A stretch of 64,000 nt of DNA from a bacterium (GCA_965213685.1 CBDBZY010000064.1:64001-128000), one strand, 5' to 3'; counted from the stretch's first letter, positions 26,471 to 42,627 are shown. A program made the numbers and translations. Notes: a model not told the origin generated them from the letters alone.

Positions 26471-27416
26471 TGCACCTTGAATCGGCAGCAGACTTGTACA
26501 TGTACATGTAAGTGTCTTTGCACTTTCTTTAGGATAGTGATAGTGTATATTACTCAATATTAACATGCTATTGATACTGCATAATTTCACTCTACGATGT
26601 ACAGAGCTTGGCCTAAGGATCTACTTGCCTTTCGTCTGGATTAGTACTTTTGGAGCGGGTAGGCTCACAGAAAGGGGTAGACCAGGAGCTGCCAAGGAAA
26701 GAGTAGATACGGTGAGAAAGAATGAGAGAGTGTGTTACTTTGTTCAAGTTTCAGATGTACATGTACATGTAGGTTTGAAGAGGAGGCACATGTACAGTAC
26801 ATGTACATGTACATGTAAGTGCCATTGTCACAGCATAGTAAGAGGATGCTACCACAGACAAGCTGCTTTGCTGAATTCCACCGGCACTGACAGCTTCAAC
26901 TGACTCTTCTCTGTGTATTTCCTATTGATTTGTATGTATGTACATGTACATGTATGTGTGAACATGTGCATGTGGAAGTATGTACATGTACATGTACATG
27001 TATGTTGAGTGTGTATTCAGTGAGATTGTGTGCTCTACACTGTGTTTCCATGATTTTGTATGTATGCATTTGCTTTTAGATCAGTTGTTTGATGATTTCC
27101 TGAAGTTTCAAAAATTGAAGCAACCCTTAACTAGGGGCATGTCTCCCCTGGAAATTACTTCAATGTGCACGCTCTGAAATCAGTTCTAGTGCATTCTGAG
27201 ACAAACCCATATTATGAAAGCAAACTAGACAGCTACAGCTACTAAAAGTTTCAGCTAAAGCAGCGAATACTTCAATAGCAGCATGCATGATAGTATCTAT
27301 TACTAGTGCAATAACTGGGGGTGTGGCTTTTACACAAACATGGGGGGTTGTAGCCCCCCCAGCCCCCCTGCTTCTTACGCATTCTTGCAGATGTAGTACG
27401 AACAAAGATGCGGCAA

Positions 27417-27690
27417 CTAACCCTCTGCGTGCATGCGCAGCCAGGGTTACGGTAGTTACCCTCGGTGCGCATTCGCCAGGTATTAATGCCTCCGTTTGTG
27501 TTTGTCCGCGGGAGCTAATCTGTGGACTGGCGCTAGTACACATCTAACGGAAGGCACTAGCGGCTTGAGCGGCACATTTTTGAAAAGGCGTTATCTCTAA
27601 CTGCTTCGTTCGAAAGTTAGAAGCATAATCACGGAGTGCGGTAGCACTCTGTATATATAGGGATTGCCTAGGTCACTCGGCATCAGCCAT
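27417..27690 (+). mobile_element. DINE-1/HINE-like non-autonomous rolling-circle element (5' part)
   Basis: 5' stem-loop taaccct..gcatgc..agggtta; body inverted at 28200-28447; another partial copy at 34428-34530. Confidence 0.6.
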
Positions 27691-28039
27691 TTTCACTATG
27701 CACTTCACATTTCACATTGAGGAGATTAGTGTTAAGAATAGGTGAAAAGGAAACTGTAGTCAGAAACTGGTGAAATGAAAAGCACTAAAGTGTAAACCCT
27801 CGGCGCAGTTACATTGCATGCTACAACAGACTGCACAGATGATGCAAGCATTGCTGGTTAGGTCCACTCAATTGGGCTATAGTCTAGTGTCGTGCCTTGT
27901 CTTGTCTAGTATGTATTTTCTTTCATTTGACGCAAGTAATTAGACAGCTCCTGGATATTGCATAATGGAGCATGTAAAGAGGTGTGGCAGGCGAGGATCT
28001 GATGTGCTGCACAGCATGGGAGTGTTAAGTATTACCTGC

Positions 28040-28447
<408 letters not shown>

Positions 28448-28476
28448 TATGATTATGGTACGAGATATTGGCAGTA

Positions 28477-29737
<1,261 letters not shown>

Positions 29738-30725
29738 AACTAGTAGAATGCTGAGCATTGTGGGCGAGCGGGAGCGAGCCAGGTGCAATAAGCAGAAAAT
29801 TATCTTGAATGATAGTTTGACATGGTTTGGAGTGAACATCTTATGAATGTAGCAACATTTGCAAGAGCAGCCAAAGTACAATGTTGGATCACTAGCTGTG
29901 ATGTACAGCTCTTGTGATTGGCCTCAAAGTTAATGCCCAAGAAATTGCCTGCTAAGCTATCAAGTGGTGTGTGAACGCTCACAGCATGTATCCCAACATC
30001 CAAGTCATTTTCTCAGCCTGTTGAAGTGAAGTGGAATCATAGATGTAGTAAACAGCTTCCTATGTACTGTACACCAACTTCGTACTAGTCTACAAGCAAG
30101 TCGCAGTCCCTAGCGTCACACCACCAGTGAGCTAGTCCCTAGCGTGGGCCCTAAGCTACATGTAGCTAGCCCTTGCCGCGTGTAACCGGACGCAGCGAAC
30201 AGTAGCTGCCCTCCGAGCATTGACGAGGTAAGCGGCGACCGTGGGGTAGTCCGAATCGTGAGACGCAATACACTAGCCAAGGCGATACACTAGCCAAGGC
30301 TTGCTTATAACACGTAGCTTAGATATCCTAGCCCTAGCTCTGCCTCGTCACACGGCCAGTAAGCTAGTCCCTAGCGTGCCAGTGGGCCCCAAGCTACATG
30401 TAGCTTTTGCGCGTGTAACGACGCAGCCAACGGTAGTTGCCCTCTCAGCGTTGACGAGCTAAGGGATAGTCCGAATCGTGAGACGCAATACAGTAGCCAA
30501 GGCTTGCTTGTAACACGTAGCTTAGACATCTAAGCACGTAGCGAGGTTCAGCTCTTTCCCCGTCCAAGTAACCGGATGTGATCGAGCTGGCTATACGTTT
30601 GTCCGTAGCGCAGGGGCCCGCGGGGACCAAAAAAGCTTCATCGCCCGATGACATATATATATATATATATAGAAATCCGCTCCAGCAGAACGACTAGATG
30701 GGCTCGCTCCCGCTCGCCCAAATTA
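29738..30725 (-). mobile_element. HINE (Helentron-associated non-autonomous element)
   Basis: subTIR tgggcgagcgggagcgagcc at 29762 and inverted at ~30701-30720; 3' hairpin aatgctcagcatt plus ctagt; internal duplication ~30105-30345 / 30345-30530. Confidence 0.7.
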
Positions 30726-30877
30726 TTGTAATTCCTCTCTTTCTTATGCAGGTTGAAGAAACAAAACCTAACAACCATAATACCAATGATCAGGAAAGTG
30801 CACATGTTGGTACCTGCCTCTTGAGATGTTGATGATTATCACTGTCTTCCTGTACATTATAAAGCTATAGAATAGAA

Positions 30878-32058
30878 CAAACATGAAAAACATTTTCCAA
30901 AAAATATAGAGGAATGTAGGGATGGCAGTGCCAAAAACCACAGAAACTAGGTGTAGAGATGGCAGTGTACAGGCAAGACAGGTTATTAAAAGACTACACA
31001 AGCAACCTCATCCCTACATTTTTTTTTTTAACTTGAAAATGTTCTGTGAGTTTAGCTATGGGAATTCTGGGAACATCAATGCCATGCGGTAAGAAAAGAA
31101 AAAGATGTAGGGATGGGGTTGCTTGTGTAGTCTTTTTATAACCTGTCTTGCCTGTACACTGCCATCTCTACACCTAGTTTCCGTGGTTTTTAGCACTGCC
31201 ATCCCTACATCCCTATACATCTTTGGAAAATGTTTTTCATACTTGTTTGTGTACATTTTCTTGTACAATAGTACACAAAATGTTCTTGCAAGTTTCATTC
31301 AAAATCCAACAAACATATCAACTTGATCAGAGCAGCCATTGCGACCAGTCAGCGGCGGAGATAAGGGGGTAGAGTGGGCCCTAAACCTCGTCATCAGTCA
31401 CTTACGAAGTTGGGAGGCTGAGCCCCTCTAAAAGGTCCTGAGCTAGCTATAGAGTAGTTTCCTCAGTGTATATGACTTATACCACTTACATTAACGTTCA
31501 TTGTACAGCGAAGTAAGAACGCGCTCTTTTCAGTGACAAAAGATCGAGTAGCCTTCGCTATGTTAAGCCTTCCAGAAATTAATAGGCGTGGCTTGGCGAC
31601 ACCGCCCCTCACGTGCTTACAATTTGCGCCACGTGACAATAACTATTAGAAAATGGTTTCCAAATATGGTAAAGTTGTCTGGGGCTCTAGATTCTGCCCA
31701 TAGTAGAGAAGATACTAACAATTTGTTAGCGCAGATCATACTTCGTTGTTATTACAGTGAATCTGTGAAAGAACTACGGTGATTACTTCAGCCAGTTTCG
31801 AGTAAAGTCGTTTGAAAGAAATCTCGTAAGAAGAAGAATAAGAAAGAAAAACAAAATCATCTTTCGGCCATTATCTGGCAGTAAGTCAAGGAATGCATTT
31901 TAGCTACTTGTGGGGTATCGTTGGGTAGAGAATCGGTTGAATAGGCCATTCGCGTGCCGAGAAAGGCTTAAAACACGAGTGTTCGCGAGTTAAGAAGGCT
32001 TTCCAATGTACACGCACTATGGGAGTGTCGGCGCCATCCCTACACACCGACTCTCTGA
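30878..32058 (-). mobile_element. Non-autonomous Helitron-like element, copy 2
   Basis: Collinear with 38683-39865; palindrome arms 30878-31028 / 31094-31245; A^TC start on the minus strand. Confidence 0.8.
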
Positions 32059-32329
32059 TAAGGTTTTGTAACAGGAAAAGTATTGCTCCATTAACAATGA
32101 ATTTGAGATATATACTAGAAACATATAGCAGTACACATTAAGGAAATGTACTTTCTTCGTTAACCCTTTCCCTCTTGTAATATCTGTATTTTTTCCAGTG
32201 TTTCTGTGCATTAGCTACAGTGCTGAAAATGAATGTGCTGTGAATGACATGATGTCTCCACATTGAAATATTTCCATTGAAAAAGAGGGTTCATGATTGT
32301 GGGTAGAATGGGCCTGTAAGTATTGTGTT

Positions 32330-32770
32330 TTTTTTATTATTATTATTTTTTTTTTTTTTTAATTATTGATAGGAGTATATATGCAGGTAGCATGAAAGCT
32401 AGTAGTGCACTCCAACGTATACAGAACAGAACAGAAATTACATGACTACATATGACAAAGCATGCTTAAACGAGGTGAGACTAGGGGAGCCAGTCACAGA
32501 GGGTGGGAGGGAGTTCCATAGAGTAACTGCATGTGGAGCAAAGGAACACATAAGATATGTTGTATTTGAGCTGTATGGCAGTAGTTGGAGGGGATTGTAG
32601 TTTCTTGTACGAACAGAAGAGTTCCTGTACACAAAAATTTCAGGAGGAAAGTACATGTCCTCATTTAGAATTCTATAGACCATGCAGAGCTTGATGTAGG
32701 TTCGTCGTGACTGAAGTGTGGGAAGGTTCAATCTCTTCAACAGGATTGCATACGAAGATGTCCAGTCTTT
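32330..32770 (-). mobile_element. 3' end fragment of a CR1/L2 LINE with A/AAT tail
   Basis: ORF 32438..32740 resembles 5822..6094 (LPTLQSRR..LC.VY.ILN..MYFP..LWNSLP). Confidence 0.8.
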
Positions 32771-32942
32771 TAAGTCTTTTTTTGTGTTAACCCTTTCACT
32801 GCTTTAAATGTCATTCGTTACTACATTCACAATAAAAACGTTTGACAATGATGTTTGTTATGTGAGGTTGTGTCAAGGATTAGTTCCTGGACGTTGGTCA
32901 AGGGAAAAGTAACGCCTAGTAGAAATTGCGTGCACATGTGCG

Positions 32943-33557
<615 letters not shown>

Positions 33558-34779
33558 TTTCAATGAATATTCATCAAAATAACGTACGTGATGACCCTTC
33601 ACGTCACTACCTAGGCTCCATTTGGAGCCCACCACCACTTCACACATACATATGTGGCCGGATCATCGTCTGTTGCACGTAGTTCTCCCTCTCTACTCCC
33701 TGAGAAAACGATTGTCAAGCTAACAATTATTTATTGGCTCCCTAAATACTTGGACAGCTGCTTCCCGATATAATTTTCAGCTGCTTCATTTACACCAGAC
33801 CGTCTCAGTTGAAAGTGTGGGAGATGGATCGTTTTTGCGAAAGCTCAACCCGTTCTTCTAGAAGCGAACTCCAGCAGCCCTGGATATTGAAGTTTAGTGT
33901 AGCTGGCTATAAGCCTCCTGTACAGAGTCGAGCTCCGCACTCGCGGCTGCCGCTGACCATAACCGCTTATAGATATGGTGGCCCCGAATAACACTGTCGT
34001 ACTAGTAAGCAGCTTCATCCGCCATTGATAAACTCGCACGTTACTCTAGCTGGCACGTGCAAACGTTAACATAATTATACCGGACACGTGACGAACCCAA
34101 TTTTTCTATGATCCTAATTAAGCCGGACAGCGGTGAATATAATTCTTTTCTGACGTAGTCTCGTCCCGACCCTCACGTGCGCCCCCCGAACGACCTATGA
34201 CGTGGCCGTCCGGAATGTGGGATGGCCACAATCACAGCGCAGCATTCTTCAATTCTACGTTCCTTAGTTAGGTCTTTGCCTGTTCAACATTCATTCGTCC
34301 TTTTTTTACTTGTTACCTGCATTTGTAGTCTTTGTATACCCTGCCTTGCCTATATATTTATACACGGGCACAGTAAAAAGAGATACATGTAGTTAAATCA
34401 TTTGTTTAAAATAATTTCTTACGGTAGTTAATCCTCGGCGCGCATGCGCCAGAGTGATATTGTATTTGTCCCCTATTTGTGTGTTTGTCCGCGGAAGCTA
34501 ATCTGTGGACTGGCGCTTGTAGACGTGTACCCCTTGTGCACATGCATCCCATCTCAAAAGTATGGGAGAAACAACTGAGATATCCATACCAACGTTAAAA
34601 CTAACCATCTCTTCCTTCCTGTGTATCATGTCAATGGAGAGCTACGTATGATATGCGTATGCAGCAGGTGGTAGGTTCAGCACTGGATTTTTGAATAATA
34701 ATTACCTCACATCAAAGTATACAGTCAATGCATAAAGGCATCTTGAAAAATATCTAAGACATTCTACAACAGTTGCATT

Positions 34780-36495
34780 TACTAGTAACCTCTTGTGTGG
34801 ATATGTCTGTTTACCGACTGCGAAAGTCTTGTAGCTCTTGTTTCAACACTGGTACAAGGTCAGTGTGCTGGTGAGATATTTCTTTTGGATCAGCTACAAA
34901 ATTGTCACTTTGTATATTGCCTTTATCGTACTCAACAACAAGTTTTTGTGAATCTCGTAATACCGCACCATAGAAATGTGAGTTTGAATCTCCCTTTGTA
35001 ACGTGAAAGGTAAATGCAATTGAGCTATTGTGATGATTGACATGTTCTTTGAGAAATGGCAGGATAGAAGCAGTCTATTGGTCAATCTTGTGGAGGATCA
35101 ATGACAAGCACTTAATGCCATACCGGTATGTTTCCAGTAAACCTCTGATTCTCCCTATTACTTGATCCATTTGTGATATAGCTCCATAGTAACACCTTCT
35201 GAGTAATCTTGTTTTTTGTACATAGTGTAGTAGGGATCAAGAGCATAGTACACACGATGCACATCATGAAATGCAAGTACGACAAAAAAGGCTTTTCACC
35301 AAAATGCGATTCTTGTAGGATTTTCTCAAACATGTCCACAAGGCTCCAGTTACAAAGTCATTGTAGGCCTGCAGTGTTTCTGACTCCATATACATGTAGT
35401 GATAATCTCTGCAGGATTTGTACGATCTCTTCTGAAGAGTGCAACTGAAGTGTTTAGAGCATAGACAGTTAGGTGCTACTGAGGGTGAGTCTCTGTCAGT
35501 TATTATTGTTATTATATCATTATTATTGCTGTAAGAATAAGATATCAGCAATCTCAAGCTCCATCATAAGGGGTAGCATGTTAAGACTTAATTAGCAGGC
35601 AATCATGATAATTCATTGATGCATCATCCATAATGAACTTTGTTGCTCTCCGTTTGAACGGTTTCTAAGTTTTTTATGTCTGTTAAAAGATGAGGGTGCC
35701 ACAGTGGTGAAGTTTGGAGTGAGCAAATGAAAGATAAAGTGAACACTTGACAAATCTGGGAGATCATTGATAAAAATTATCAAGAACAATAGTGGACCAA
35801 GTATATACTGCCTTGAGGTACGCCTGAAATTACAGACAAAGTAATAGACACTGACTAGCCAACTGCCACATACTGAGTTCTATCTGCCAGGTAGGCTCAA
35901 AAACCATTCCCACAGACTGCCAGTGATTCCAAAATGCCAAAATTTGCATAGGAGCTCATTGTGGGCAACTGAATCAAAGGCTTTTCTGAAGTCCAAGTAA
36001 ACCACATTAGATTTGTTGGATTATTAATGAGAGAAAAAGTAACTGTTGTAAGGTGGAATGTCCCTTTAGGAAACCAAATTGGACTGTTGACACTGAACTT
36101 CTCACAAAGTCTATCATGCCACTGTAATGCCATTGTAGACAACCTTCTCTAGGAGACTGTCTACAATTCTACTACCCTACTAATATGGGCCTAGTTCTTT
36201 TCATCATTTTTATTGCCAGATTTAAATAATATTAAGTGCTTACTCCACTCACGAGGCACATAGTGTTGAGATAAACTCAAGGAGAAAAGGTGATACAGAG
36301 GTTGATATAAAGGAAGTGCATAGTGCTTCAAGAGTTAATTTAGGGCTGATTCCATCACAATATGCACAATTGAGCACATCTAGAGATGACAAGACATGAG
36401 ATGAGTTACTAACCACTGGTCAAAACCATGCATGCCAGGATGCAGACACAGGCCACTTCTTGTCACCCCCTTCAATAACTTTCAAATCACCAACA
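34780..36495 (-). pseudogene. Fragmented arylsulfatase paralogue, interrupted by a LINE fragment
   Basis: 34800-35500 aligns to ~53130-54065 with deletions; 36410-36495 is nearly identical to 54072-54157. Confidence 0.85.
35560..36358 (-). mobile_element. Degraded CR1/L2 LINE RT fragment
   Basis: Minus-strand remnants of DGISP, LDFRKAFDSVAHNELL, GVPQG, LGPLLFLI; related to 16731-18488. Confidence 0.75.
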
Positions 36496-37531
36496 TAATA
36501 TCATGCAACAAGCCACTCAAAGTTTGGCAGCATTCGCCCTTGGAACATGTGAGTTGAAATGTCATGTGCTCTTGTCTCTCTAGCTGGTACTCTGCACTGG
36601 AACTGAAGTAGACTCTGTAATATGTGCCACTCTCTTTGGTCTCATTGAGGGAGGGGGTAAGGGAGGGACAGAGGTATGAGAGAGAGGGAGGGAGGGGGTA
36701 TAGTGACTTGAGTATTATGTGGAATTGTGCAATGCTGGGATGTTTATGGGCATGCCCCCCCGAAGTTATTGGTCCTCTGAGACAGATTCTGATACAATGT
36801 GTGGGGGGAAAACCTATTTCACAGAGTCCTTATTATCAGGGAGTGGGTACACTTTCTTTGTAGGGATGGTGCCAACACACCCAATGCATGTAGCTACATA
36901 CAAAAACATTTTCCAAACTCACAACTGCTTGTGCTCAAGTTCACGTTCCCCCTCCCCTTCCCCTCGATATTTCCACCCCTGATTGACTACTGCAACCATT
37001 TCCTGTGATGTGCTTGTTTCATCTACACACAAAAGTGTAGAAGTGGGGTCTATCTCTGCATTGCTTGAGAAGTTGCCATAGTTTGCCACTGCCAACAAAT
37101 TAATGATATTCACTTGTTCAACCACAATTTGTAGCTGGAAAACCTGCTTGTTTAAACATAAGGTGTTTTCCAAAAAAATTCATAAAGTCCCAAAAAGCAA
37201 GGACATTAAACCATTGCGTAGGATATGTACACTATTACTGTTACAATGGACATGTGTACAAGTAGTGTCTGGGACACCACCAGGTTTTACCATAACGTTC
37301 AATAGAATTTTAGGAGTGAGACGAGTGTTGTGAGTACAAGTGAATGACCTTCAACAAATGTTTTGAAGACACCTGTCTGATACTCTAAAGTGTCACACTG
37401 TGGCAACATGCAGGTATGAAGAAAGTGCTTGGCCTGTCTCAAAGTGTAGCGGAGGAGATTTTTGTTGTGAACATGGGACTAACTATAACACACAATTTGC
37501 ATAAGCATTTTTTCTTCATTGTATTGAGTAC

Positions 37532-37656
37532 AGAGTCCAGTGTATAGCTCATTTATCTTGGGACGTTGGGAACTGTCTAGACAACAGTCCCCAAGATAAA
37601 TTAGCTATACAGTCTAGACAGTTCCCAAGATAAATTAGCTATACACTGGACCCTCT
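37532..37656. repeat. Small palindromic MITE-like element
   Basis: agagtccagtgtatagct ... agctatacactggaccctct inverted ends with internally duplicated cccaagataaattagctatac. Confidence 0.5.
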
Positions 37657-38270
37657 ATCCACCTCACATGTTTCTTGATGTTCTTTAGTTATACACTCAC
37701 AGTAGAGTCAGCACCACAAGTATAATTTAACTATACTGCATGGCTGGAATCAATTTGCGAACAGAATATTGGTCAAAAAGAAGCCACTGTAGTGGCAGGT
37801 TGTGGCAACTGCTAAGCAGATTTTTGGGTACTGCCCTCTATGTTCCTCTTTTTATTCTATTTTTTTACTGCACTTTACCCTAATTAAGAATCAATTTATC
37901 ACATGTTCACTGAGTCATGCATCCGTGGTTGTTGAGTGAGCAAGATGACAATAGCATGCATGAACATATATGCAGTTCCATCCTTTATGTCTGATGTCTA
38001 CCTCAACAGGAGGTGCATCTCTTCAGCAGTTTTGGCATCATATATACAGAAGGCATTAAGCTACATGAAGGTAGGCAAAGCTTTCAACATGCACAGAAAA
38101 ACTACCAGTATATACCAAGGGTACTGTGAGTATTGCATTTACAGGTGGTATTATTTGTGTTAGTAAGTGAATGTACCAAATACAAAAGAACTATGATATT
38201 ACAAAAAATATTATTACAAAAAGTATGTGGTTCATTACAGTGATGACTCATGAGCTGCATACTGACGTTC

Positions 38271-41190
38271 TTATGGCAAGTTAGGAAGTGTTCGATACAA
38301 TGTGAAATTCTGCAGTCTATCTGGTAGTGACTCAGATATACCTTTGGGTTGTCGATGAAATACAGCTGAGATAATGTTGCAAAATTTTGTTCTCACTAAG
38401 TGTATATGTCCCAGCATGTGGTATCCTAGAGTAGATAGGGCTAATATGTGTGGTAATGTAGCCAGTGATGTAAATACTATTGCAAGTGAACGGTCAGTAA
38501 TGATATGACCATCCAACCAAATAACAACAATTCCTGATAAAAAACCAACAATTGCAAAGTGAAATGTGAGAGAAAAGTTCATGTACAATGTTTTGAAAGG
38601 CCTAATGCATGCAATAACACCAGAAAGACATAAGAATGAAAAACCAAAGGATGCATGAATGTATACATGCCACTCAAATATACAAGTATGAAAAACATTT
38701 TCCAAAAATGTAGAGGGATGTAGGGATGGCAGTGCCAAAAACCACAGAAACTAGGTGTAGAGATGGCAGTGTACAGGCAAGACAGGATATAAAAAGACTA
38801 CACAAGCAACCCCATCTCTACATCTTTCTTTTTCCTTGAAATTGTTCTGTGAGTTTAGCTATGACAATTCTGGGAACATCAATGCCATGCAGTGAGAAAA
38901 AAGAAAGATGTAGGGATGGGGTTGCTTGTGTAGTCTTTTTATATCCTGTCTTGCCTGTACACTGCCATCTCTACACCTAGTTTCTGTGGTTTTTGGCACT
39001 GCCATCCCTACATCCCTCTACATTTTTGAAAAATGTTTTTCATACTTGTTTGTGTACTTTTTCTTGTACAATAGTACACAAAATGTTCTTACAAGTTTCA
39101 ATCAAAATCCAAAAAAACATATCAGTGATCAGAGCAGCCATTGCTACTAGTCAGCGGCGGAGATACGAGTGGGTCTGTCACTTACGAAGTTGGGAGCCTG
39201 GCTGAGCCCCTCTAAAAAGTCCTGAGCTAGAGTAGTTTCCTCAGTGTATCTGACTAGCTAACTCATACCAGTTACATTAACGTTCGTTGTACAATCGTAC
39301 GGCGAAGTAAGAACGCGCTCTTTTCAGTGACAAAAGACGAGTAGCCTTGGCCATCGAGAAATTAATAGGCGTGGCTTCGCGAGGCCCGCCCTCACGTGCT
39401 TACAATTTGCGCCACGTGACAATAATTATTAGAAAATGGCTTCCAAATATGGTAAAGTTGTCTGGGGTTCTAGATTCTGCCCATAGTAGAGAAGATACTA
39501 ACATTTTGTTAGCAGAGATCATACTTCGTAGTGATTACAGTAGATCTGTGAAAGAACTATGGTGATTACTTCAGCCAGTTTCGAGTAAAGTCGTTTGAAA
39601 GAAATCTCGTAAGAAGAAGAAGAAGAAGAAGAAGAATAAGAAAGAAAAACAAAATCACCTTTCGTCCATTATCTGGCAGTAAGTCAAGGAATGAATTATA
39701 GCTACTTGTGGGGTATCGTTGGGTAGAGAAGCGGTTGAATAGGCCATTCGCGTGCCGAGAAAGGCTTAAAACGCGAGTATTCGCGAGTTAAGAAGGCTTT
39801 CCAATGTACGCGCACTATGGGAGTGTCGGCGCCATCCCTACATAGAGAGTCTACCGACTCTCCGATTATGGGTATATAAGTTACCCATTGGTACTATAAG
39901 TAAAATCAACCACATTGGTGCTGATGACAGGAATCTGAAATCAAATGTTTTGTTCATTCCATCCTTGTAGCAGCTTTCAAAGGTTTCCACAAATGTGTTG
40001 ACGACTAGTTGTGTTCTTACACCTAATAGGCAGCACTTAGTGAAGATTCTACTGCGGTATAGGCATAAAAATATTGTAGGGCACAAGCCAAGGAAGAACA
40101 GTAGTACTGTTGCTGTGACTACATATGGGAGGTGCTCTGAACTGAGACTCCTTATAGTTGGATCAAGGACCAGAACAGTACTTGTGATAGTCCCATTCAT
40201 AATCCACACAGGAGTTGAAAAGGTCAGACTAGCTGACGTAAAGCAGAGGCCCCAAAATGAAAGAAAAAAGAATGTTGCATATGCATGAACAATGGAGTCA
40301 CTAACGCTCCATTTCCTCCTCATTTTTACAAAACATCTGTGGAAAGGCTTCCAGAGGTAAACTGCCACTCTGAAGTTTCGTGAACGCAGTTCAATGCACA
40401 TCCAGGATACAAAAATCAGCAGAAGTGGGTATATAACATAAATGTACTGTAACAGAACTACTTGCAGACTCGTCATTCCTTCGTGAAAACACAGAGGTTT
40501 AAAAATGTATATAAAAGTTTGAAAATACCACCAAACCTCTGAAAATGAGAGTGAAAAATGCAAAGCAAACCTGCCACAAGTACCCATGCTATCATACATG
40601 GAGTAATAGAATCCACTGTATATTTTTGCAACTACCACATAGCCCTGACAAAATAATACACACCCCAGAGCTTTCCCAGATGCAAAGTTTAGACAAAATG
40701 TGATGACAAGGACAAAGAATATGGTTATGGGAAACATTATCAGCAGTACAGACACACCAGCAGCAAATAGGCTGCTGCACTTGGTGCACTGACTTATCAA
40801 AGAATTGATGGCTACACCATGTCCATTCTCACACTGGCCACACAGCAAGCCTTGCAGGTGATGGTCCTCACATGCTTTATTCAGTTCTTTAGGTCTCCTA
40901 GGCAGGGTAGTAAATGCTCGGATACTCTCTTGGTAACTGGTGAGATTTGGTGTGTATAGATAGCCACAATATCCCATTTGCAGCTCTTGAGATATGTTAT
41001 CATAAGTCATACAGAAGTTCATAGCAATTGATACCCTCTGGTTTTCTTTATCACACCTGATCTGTCCTCCAAGTTCATCACCACATTCACAGGATCCATT
41101 AGCACTCTTTTTGAACCAAGTGGGGCAATGGCTGACTGCAGAGCTGACTGCCACTAGCAGAAACAGACATAAAGGTAAGGCCCGACTTAT
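38271..41190 (-). pseudogene. Intronless Cys-rich-ectodomain multi-pass membrane protein gene, split by a Helitron insertion
   Basis: Signal-like LPLCLFLLVAVSSAVS; CPTWF..CECG..C..GLLCGQC..C..C ectodomain; many TM segments; ORFs 39838..41154 and 38271..38738 rejoin in frame (..THN/IFEW..) when 38683-39865 is removed; no in-frame ATG found ahead of the signal-like segment. Confidence 0.8.
38683..39865 (-). mobile_element. Non-autonomous Helitron-like element, copy 3 (both junctions resolved)
   Basis: Minus strand cataa^TCGGAGAGTCGGTAGACTCTCT...TTTTCATACTTG^tatattt; palindrome arms 38683-38833 / 38898-39048. Confidence 0.85.
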
Positions 41191-42519
41191 TGCTAGCTTC
41201 AGTTCTCACTGCTATTCTGTACAATAATGGAAGCTATATACTGAAACTGCCTGTTTATCAAGAGCTACCCAAGGTATACATGCAAAACGAAAGTTTACAT
41301 AAATCATAATGTTCACAATTTTCACTCTCCAGTACTCACAAATGTTGGGGGGCCATGTAAATTGTACTCTTAACTACTACAAACTTTATCTGAGCCACAG
41401 GATAAGGCAACATTGTGATTGTGTAGTACAGCCGTTTGAATGCTCTTTGCACCTCCTATACTGCAGATGAAACATGGAAGTAATTAATTAGAAGTCAATT
41501 AGTTTCTGCAAGCTGTAGATATGCAACCCACATAACAAACATTTTTGCTAAAGAAAAGTCCTATTTTTCAGTGCAAAAATTTTGGGAAATACTACAGTAG
41601 TGATTACAGTCAACCCTGGTGGAGCCAGGTGGGGGCAAAGCCTCCTCATCAGCGCTCCCAACTTCAACCCTCTCCTGCGACTTGGGCAGGTATCCTCTCA
41701 GTCTCCTCTGCAGCTAAGTGCTGTTTTATAAGAATGAGATGTGGACAACTGATATGCCCAGGACACACCGTCACTTTCTGCTGCCATGGAAAGTTATATG
41801 GCTTGTCTTCTCTCTTCTCCTTTTTCACTTACCCCTTCCTCACTTGTTCTCTCCTTCAAACTTCTCTAAATGAAGCTGCCCCGCACCTGCCTATTGACAA
41901 CAGGTACACACTCCAACAGAGTAGACATGTCCATGCAGTACCATTCACAATACGTAGTGCATACTATATACCATTCACAGTATGTGTGCATGCATGTTCT
42001 ACATTCCAATACATGTGCATGCATGTCCACATATTGTGTACACCAAATGTTAGAACATACATGTATATGCCCAGTCACATGCATTAATATATAATACAGT
42101 CCTCTGTCGACTCTCTCCTCACTTCAGTTCCATAAGCACAACATGAGGGTGGTGACACCAAACCCTCATTATACGCTGTGGGCAGATACGAAATCTTTTG
42201 TTTTCTCACAACTGCAATTAACATGTTCTAGAAGGGACACTAGTGTGTCCACAAGATATTGCTTTCAATGTTTTTCCATGCACTGATAGGGCAACTGAAA
42301 AATTTGACCATCTGAGGTGTGGTATCCTTTGGCCATACAGCTGAAACTCAGGGCCGTATCTCTTCACAGAAAATATCAAGGTGCCTCCCCTCTTCCAAAA
42401 CATCACTCTGTTTCCTTCATCCCTCACTCCCTCCCACTCTTTGTCTGCCTCTCTGCCTCCCACTCTCTTTCCGTGCCTCCCTCCCCTCCTTCCCTTCCCC
42501 CCCCCCCCCCCCTTTATGG

Positions 42520-42627
42520 TGCGATAGTAGAAATAAAACAGGAGAAAGTGAAAGTGTCAGCGGGCAAGCAGCCAAACGATGGGCGGGCTGGCACCAGCCC
42601 TAGATAGAGAGTCTACTGACTCTCTGA
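42520..42627 (-). repeat. 5' end of a further diverged member of the same Helitron-like family
   Basis: Minus strand a^tcagagagtcagtagactctctatctagggctgg. Confidence 0.6.
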
